Origin: Tubiluchus corallicola | Lineage: Eukaryota > Animalia > Priapulida | Direction: 5' to 3' | Length of the DNA: 57,696 bases | Assembly: GCA_030141605.1 (NCBI GenBank) | Contig: JAQGDQ010001169.1 | Coordinates: 1 to 57,696 of the forward strand | Part shown: piece by piece, positions 50,327 through 57,696 of the stretch | How positions within the stretch are numbered: the stretch's first letter is position 1 | Layout of the letters: each line of letters starts with the position of its first letter | Position numbers and translations under genes: made by a program | Notes under the pieces: model-generated | Database searches by the model: none | What the model was told of the DNA's origin: nothing | The model's input: the letters and a program-made list of their open reading frames with translations, nothing else

Positions 50327-52916
50327 ACTCGTCTTCCCTGCCCTGTGAGAGAAAACCTATTTCTATATGTTGGATGCAGAACAGTGTAACACATATCATC
50401 CCAACCCCTACCAGAGAATGGTTGCGTCCCTGATTAGGCTTCAGGAAGTAGCAGCACTCCCGATGCACATAATCCACGTGCTGGTTAGCGATGATTAGAG
50501 TTTGGTGAGTGATATAGGACGTGTGTAGGAGCTGTGCTGCTGTGAATTGCTATCTGAGTTAGAGTTGATGGGATAGAGTAGTGTATGTGTGCCAAGCTAT
50601 CAGTGAATATTGTTGTTAGAGTCTCGTGATGTCAGAAGCTTTGCAAAGTGGGATGACAATGAGGTATACTGTCCCATTAATTTTATTTTATAAATTTAAT
50701 TTTCCACATCAGATAAGTTGACTAAATTGTCATTTTATACAGTTCATAAATTGTCATTTTGAAATTTATGTTAATAGACTGTTTAATTGCGCAGCAGAAG
50801 TCGGATTTGTACTGCAGTATAAATGGATTTTTCCATTAATCCAATCTTTAATTGCATCTTTAATCTAATGTTTAATGGGCCATCAGAAAGTAAGTTTACT
50901 ACGTAGTATAATAATTAATCGATAATCGATGACTGATTAAAATTTTAATGAAGTCGAGTTTTACTCGAGTGATTAGTAATTAGACAGGCGGACTGCACTA
51001 TTTAAATCATAAATGCATTAATAATTGTAACTTTGGAAGTAAGATTAAAACACATAATTGCAGAACAGGAAACAGTGTTTTAAGCAAAGCTTTTGTGAAC
51101 ACATGGAGGGCCTGATGATCTTATAGGCCAGTATAGGCTGCACCTTACGGCTTCATAAGGTTTGGTAACATTTGATAAAGAAACCGTTTATCACTACGAT
51201 TGTGTTGGATTATGCGCTAATATGGTTTGCAATGAATAGCAAGTTAGTGGTACATTCCGTAAAGAACATTTTTATTGACAAACTTAAGAACCATTCTAGT
51301 TTCTTTTTAAAGAATTTGGAACAAGTTTACTTCAAGCTACGTGAATGTCGCTGAAATATTACTCGCTTACAAGTAAAAACTATTCAAGACGGATGCGAGT
51401 GGGTTGGATGGTAAGCTCAGTCTGAGAGGCCCCATAATTTCACTAGCCTAGGGCCCAAAAGGTCATAATCCGACCCTGAACACGTGTATATATTTTATTT
51501 AAAACGTTGATATAGTTTTGTAATTAAAACGTACTGTTTTTATGTACTTTTATATTACTATCACAGACAAGAGGTATTTACTAACCCAGACACACGTGCT
51601 GCGCATCTGCCGGGATTTGCACAAGTTTTACAAACAAAAATATTACAAATAGATCCCTCTTCACAACAGACTACGCCATTTTTGTAAAGATCAAAAATTG
51701 GTGACGAAGATCATTTAATTCTTGAATGTAACTATTATAATGATACAAGACATACCCTGTTTTTCATGTCAATGAAATTTTCCCAAACTTTATTAATCTT
51801 ACGGTAAAGGAAAAATTTCTCTTTCTGATGAACGGAAATGAAATTGAATTTGCAAATTTAATTTGAAATTATATTACAGACTGTTTTAAAAGAAGAAAAT
51901 GATATCTTAGCCACAGAAAATCATATCCAATTGATAGCAAAAGTGCATAATTGTAATTATATTATTTTTGTAAACGTGTAAATACTATTTAATGTTTAGC
52001 CTCTAGTGTTTCTTTCAATAATAATGATGGCGATTATACCCAAGTGTTGAGATGCATTGTGTGATTTTTTTTATGTACATTATATTGTATATTGTATTGT
52101 GTTGTTCGTCAATAAACTATGATATTTAATAAACAGAACCGTCCAATTTTACACTTTGTAACAGAACAGTGTTTTTACATGATCGTTTACTGAGTTTTTG
52201 CACTCAAGCTGTGTATGAGATGTTTATTATTGTTAGAGAAAGTAAGTTTTTACACTCATTCTGCGTATTATTGCTAAAAGTAGGTTTTTGTAAGGCTTTT
52301 TGGTGGCTGCGTAGCAATTGAGTCTCTAGTCAACTTCATTTTATTACTTGTAATTCAAAACTTCGGTAACTATAGTCCCCCGCCCACACCATGTAGTCAT
52401 ATACCGAACTGACGTGCACTTCACTTTAATTAAAGGATAAGATACCACAATAACCAGACGGTTTAGTCTAGTGGTAACGCGTTCGCTTTCCGTCGGGAAG
52501 GTCGTGAGTTCGATACAGTAGCCGGGTCATACCAAAGACATTAAAAATGGTACCTGGTGTTGCCCCGCCTGGAACGAGGAATTTAGGGTAAAAGTGGGGT
52601 AATAATAGTTTCCGTTATGTAGTTGTAGGTTGTTGTTTACAGTCTGTGCAATAGCAAAAGACAAGCACAAAAGGACAGAAAAGAAGCTACATTCGAGTGT
52701 GTGGAACTCAACAAGCTAAACAGCCAGAAGCTGTGCAGCAGGTGAAATTGTCCAGAACTACTGTTCCACACGGAATGAACTACTGTTCATTAACCCCTTT
52801 ACTCATCAGGCTAAACATTGCTAAACTTGTTCAGTTAAGCAATTCAATTTATTCGTCTCTTTTACACGATATAACAATATACAATATTTATATGTGAATA
52901 ATACTGCTACGATAAT
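50327..52916. repeat. Right arm of large inverted duplication (~2.6 kb)
   Basis: Mirror of 44841-47435; ends exactly where the LINE 5' end begins. Confidence 0.97.
52454..52607 (+). mobile_element. tRNA-derived SINE, central domain resembling MetaSINE-type core
   Basis: A-box-like TAGTCTAGTGG and B-box-like GAGTTCGATAC, then CCGGGTCATACCAAAGACATTAAAAATGGTACC; superfamily name is from recall only. Confidence 0.75.
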
Positions 52917-53240
52917 ACGGCTACGTCTACGTCTACGAACTGCTACGGCTTAAGGTGGCGCTGCTGCAGTTCATGGCGCACGTAAATTTGATAGTCTCTC
53001 GTACGTTTTTGTACAAAAGTAGATTTTATATTCTGACAAAATAATTTTGGACCTCGTATGCAGTTGACATTTATAGTGTTAGATCGTCTGTGCACTGGCA
53101 AGCTGTTCATTTTACCGGCAGTCTGTATAATTTTGACAAATTGATGGTATTGCGGAGACTTCGTTCAAGTTTTCCCGCCATTTGGAGCTTCACAAAGGAA
53201 TTCGGTTACCGGTAAACACAGACATACACGAGCGTACAGA

Positions 53241-54116
53241 ATGACTTCGACAAGCGATCACAACATTACCCTGGATGAGTTTCGACTGTTAAACCCAAAA
53301 CAAAGAGAAAAAGTCAATAAAAGTGAATTACTGAGGCTACTATCAGAATCAGAAATGACACCGCAAGCAGAGTCAGGTCTCGAGGACAGCAGTAAAGGCA
53401 CTGAACTAGAAAGTCAAGCAGCTATGGAAGCAAGGATTATTCAACAGGTTAGATTATTAATTTTTCCATTATCCAAGGAAATCTCTGAACTAAAGCAGCT
53501 CACAGATCAAGTTAAATCTAGCCAGGACTTTATAAGCAGCAAATTTGACCAATTTAAAATGGAGACAGATGCTTTAAAAAAGACCACCAATGATCTTACT
53601 AAAAAATTAAACGAGCTAGAGAGAAAGCAGGATGATTTAGACCAGTATGGGCGACGGGACACCCTCATTATCTCCGGTATACCCCAAGCTAGTGATTATG
53701 AAAATACTGACGAAATTGTTTGTCAAGTAGGTCAAGCCCTCAAGGTGAACATCTGTAAAGAGGACATCTCGATCTCCCATCGATTGCCACGAAAAGAAAG
53801 TGCTACAAGACCACCTCAGATTATTGTGAAATTTATAAAACGGAAAGTAAGAGACTGTTTGTGGCAAAACAAACCCAAGAGAAATGGATCTCTTAAGGCT
53901 AGTGATTTAGGGTATGTTTCACATAATCTTGTGTACATTAGTGAAAGTTTAACTAATCGTAGACGTGTATTACTTAACAAATGTCTCGAACTAAAAAGAA
54001 ACAAAGTAATCTTGTATGTTTGGACTAAAAATGGCCAGATTTTCATCAGGAAAACTGAATCATCTGAACCCTTCCCTGTAAACAATTTTGATGATGTAGA
54101 TAAATTAAAACACTAA
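53241..54116 (+). CDS. LINE ORF1 (coiled coil + RRM-like + C-terminal domain), 291 aa
   Basis: Heptad-rich segment, then LDQYGRRDTLIISGIP, ISHRL, PPQIIVKF, YISESLT and WTKNGQIFIRK motifs typical of L1-like ORF1 in CR1/L2 elements. Confidence 0.9.
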   Translation: MTSTSDHNITLDEFRLLNPKQREKVNKSELLRLLSESEMTPQAESGLEDSSKGTELESQAAMEARIIQQVRLLIFPLSKEISELKQLTDQVKSSQDFISSKFDQFKMETDALKKTTNDLTKKLNELERKQDDLDQYGRRDTLIISGIPQASDYENTDEIVCQVGQALKVNICKEDISISHRLPRKESATRPPQIIVKFIKRKVRDCLWQNKPKRNGSLKASDLGYVSHNLVYISESLTNRRRVLLNKCLELKRNKVILYVWTKNGQIFIRKTESSEPFPVNNFDDVDKLKH

Positions 54117-54153
54117 TCCCTTCTTCACTCGTTTGAATCAATTTCTCATTGTA

Positions 54154-57100
54154 ATGGTTAGCTTTAATTGTACTAAGTGTAATAAAACTTGCAAAGCAAA
54201 TCAAAACTCAATTCAATGTGATGTGTGTTCCCTCTGGACACATCTAAAGTGTACAATGTTGTCTCATCATGAATTTGTAAATTTAGCAAATTCTAATGAC
54301 AGTTACTTCTGCCAGCAATGCATTAATGATGTGCTTCCTTTGCAGTTCATTGATGATGATGAATTTATGGAAATGACTAATCACTATCAATTTTCTAATT
54401 TTTAAAAGATTTATCTTGCTTTTCATCAATTTATGACTCTTCTTCGCTAGTCCACTGTAATAGAGATGATACAGACATCGACAATTATAGACTTCAGTAT
54501 GACAGCAAATACATTAATCTTGCAAATCTGAGTAGTGATAAATCCACAGATAAAGCAAACAATGACACATTTATAATACACTTTAACACATCAAGTTTGA
54601 GGAAATACTATACAGACATGACTGATACATTAACACAATTTCAAAAAATGCCTGAGTTAATAGCGATCTCGGAAACCAGAATTCACGAATCTGACACTTT
54701 TTTATGTAACATTCCAGGATATTCTTTCTTACACTATGATTCCAATACAGCTGCTGGTGGCGTAGGTGTGTATGTAAAATCTAGTCTCAATTTTAAAATT
54801 AAACCTGAATACAAAATAAGAACTTGTAAAAATGTTATTGTTAATGGGATTAGTACAACTAGTAGACTAGCACTTGAGGACCTGTGGCTCGAAATTGCTT
54901 CCACCGATAACAAAAAATCTTTCATATTTGGAGTAATATATAGGCATCCAAACACCCCAGTCGAACATTTTCATGACGAATTAGAATCAGTTCTTTGCAC
55001 TATCAACTCCACAGGCAAACCAGCTTATATATGTGGAGACATTAATATAGATTTATATCAACATGATAACAAGCCATTTATTAATAAGTATCTCAACATG
55101 CTCTTCTCAAATCAATTTACACCAATTATCACGCGACCAACTAGAATTACTCCAACGTCACACACCTTAATTGATCATATTTATACTAATAATCTTTCTA
55201 CACCCATCACATCTGGCATCATTACTAACCCCATTGCGGACCACTTGCCAATATTTGCCATTATAAGAAATACTAATCTCCTGCACAACAAGATTAAAAA
55301 ATCAGTCAGATGTACGAGATCATTCAATCAAGGTAACTTTTTAAGCGAGCTTCAAGTTAATATAAGTAACCTAACACTGAATGATGGCGAAGCAGACATA
55401 CACTCTTACTGCTCACAATTCATGGACTCGTTTAAAACATTACTTGATAAACATGCCCCACTCAAAACGTTATCAAGGAAAAACTCAAAAACTATAGCTA
55501 AACCATGGATCACTCCCGGCATTCTTAATTCTATTAAAACAAGAAGCCGTATGTATACAACACACAAGTTATCCAACTCGCTGTATAAGCAAAATTTATA
55601 TAAAACATATTCTAACAAACTTAATCACATCAAACATGCATCCAAAAAGAAGTATTACTCCCAGATCTTGGTTGCAAACAAAAATAACATGAAACAAACT
55701 TGGAGCACTATCAATGAACTTCTCAAAATTAAAAAAAGGACAGCTAGTATAATGCCAACTAAAGTTCGTTACCAAGGCACAACCTCGTGTGACCCGCTTA
55801 CAAATCTGTTTAATGCGTCAATTCTGACTGGGACATTCCCCGACACTTTAAAACTGGCAAAAGTAATCCCCATATATAAAAAAGATGATCCAAATGAGCT
55901 GAACAACTACCGACCTATCTCACTCATATCACCCATTGCCAAAATTTTTGAGTCAATTTTATATAAACGCCTGATGACATATTTAATCAAAAATGATACA
56001 ATATCATGTTTTCAATTCGGTTTCCGCAAAAATCATTCCACAATATTAGCAACTGCTGAAATCATAGACAATCTTCTGACAAACCTAGACAATAAATTAC
56101 TTACCTGCGGCATTTTTCTTGATTTAACAAAAGCTTTTGACACCGTTCAACACGACATTTTACTCAACAAAATGGACTATTATGGTATCCGTGGAATCAC
56201 GCAAAAACTATTCCAGTCATATCTTACAAACAGACACCAGTTTACGGTTGTTGACAATTTTGCCTCTGACCGATGCTCAATTCAGTGTGGTGTACCTCAA
56301 GGATCCACCTTGGGTCCACTTCTTTTCCTGATATATATAAATGACCTCCCTCTTTGTACTAACATGCAAACACGACTTTTTGCTGATGACACTAACCTCT
56401 TCTTAGCAGACAACGACACGCATAATCTTGAGCTTAGAAGTAATGAAGAACTGATCAAAATTAACACATGGACGCGTACAAATAAGTTAACAGTAAACTA
56501 TAATAAAACAAAATTTATGATCATAAGAAATAAATTTGAAAACAATGAAAACTCCATTATAACAGTATCCATGCAAGACTGTTTATTAGAACAAGTACCA
56601 GACATAAAATATCTGGGCGTCTACATAGACGACACCCTTACTTGGTCAACACACATAAAAAATATTACCTACAAAGTAAGCAAAGTTACAGGTATATTTT
56701 TTAAATTGAGGCATTACTTGAGCACGGATATACTAAAAATGATTTACTTTGCCATTGTGTACCCACACATTAACTATTGTATCTTATCGTGGGGCACAGC
56801 AAAAAAATCTGTTTTGAAACCTCTTACATCAGCACATAACAAAATTATCAAAACAATGACTTTTGCTGGGTTCCGAGATCATGCTACCCCTTCCTATTAT
56901 GCTTTGCAATTATTAAAAATTAATGAAATTTATAAGCTTGAGTTAGCGAAATTCATGTTCAAGTATAAAAAGTGCATTCTACCTAAATTATATGGCAATT
57001 ATTTCAAAAAGATTAGTGACGTTCACCAGTATTCTACGAGAGCAGCTACCAAACAAAACTATTTTCAGGAAAGATTTAGCACAACAAAAGGTCTACAAAC

Positions 57101-57218
57101 TTTAAAACATAATGGTACAATTCTATGGAATACTCTTTCAGATGATCTTAAGCAATCGACTAGTATCTATCAGTTAAGTAAATTATATAAATGTCAACTC
57201 TTGCAAACTTATTATTGA
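54154..57218 (+). pseudogene. LINE ORF2: PHD finger, AP endonuclease, reverse transcriptase; one frameshift (~54403) and an apparent internal deletion (~55795)
   Basis: PHD CTKC..IQCDVC..WTHLKC..YFCQQC; APE IIHFN, ISET, GGVG, YRHP, GDIN, IDHI, DHLP; RT NYRPISL, QFGFR, FLDLTKAFDTV, GVPQGSTLGPLLF, FADDT, YLGV. Confidence 0.92.
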
Positions 57219-57696
57219 GATAAGCGTACAGTATTTTGCCTATCTATCTGCCTCTTCATTTTACATCAGATCATCAAAACTCGCTCTGTATTTATTTATT
57301 TTTTTTTACATTATGCTTGTGTTATAAAGTAAATTTCAGTTACCATTGTTATTATGTTTCTGATGTCAGATTTTTATTTCAGTCCTTATTTCAGTTATGT
57401 TCAGTTTGATTTTTTTTTATTATTATTACTGTGTATGAATTGTACTAACACATTATAAGCATATCATTATCAATTTTATGTCATTCGTAACACTTTATTT
57501 ATTATAAGCAGTACTAACACTAATACACTAGCATAGCGCCTATAAAAAATGTTCATCACTAACCAAAGGGCAGCTGACTAGATGACCAATTGGTCTTTCG
57601 CTGCCCTTTCTTCACATTTTTGTTGCTAAATTAATTTTATTGTAACTGTGCGTGTGTTAAAAGATAAATAAAAGATTATTATTATATTATTATTAT

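Larger units (their letters stand above)
52917..57696 (+). mobile_element. Apparently full-length non-LTR retrotransposon, CR1/L2 group (Crack/Daphne-like), defective copy
   Basis: 5' UTR, ORF1, PHD-APE-RT ORF2, T-rich 3' UTR, tail hairpin, AATAAA and (TAT)n tail running to the window edge. Confidence 0.93.

Noticed and set aside
52454-52530. Functional tRNA gene
   Set aside because: A/B-box-like motifs are present, but there is no convincing acceptor stem and it runs into a SINE body.
44841-52916. Palindrome as an autonomous giant-TIR transposon (Polinton or Foldback)
   Set aside because: The spacer has no transposase, integrase or polymerase ORF, no TSD is visible, and the arms consist of ordinary intronic DNA with older insertions.

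Overview
Eukaryotic, AT-rich invertebrate-type genomic DNA, with no prokaryotic operons or CRISPR. Bases 617-23169 carry 18 internal coding exons (+ strand, all GT-AG, phases consistent, about 750 codons) of RIC1/KIAA1432 (Rab6 GEF subunit). The gene starts upstream of the window, and I cannot find its C-terminal exons in the remaining 34 kb. That stretch contains an antisense class A GPCR with a single coding exon (32735-34054, FMRFamide/sex-peptide-receptor-like), a palindrome with ~2.6-kb arms (44841-47435 vs 50327-52916), and an apparently full-length but defective CR1/L2-group LINE (52917-57696). Introns are packed with mini/microsatellites, hAT/Tc-mariner/Kolobok-type MITEs, a 5S-rRNA-headed SINE and tRNA-headed SINEs. 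The most unusual item is a 96-bp tandem array built from the 3' end of a RIC1 exon plus its splice donor. It creates ten donor sites, nine of them in frame. All family assignments come from motifs and recalled sequence, not from database searches.
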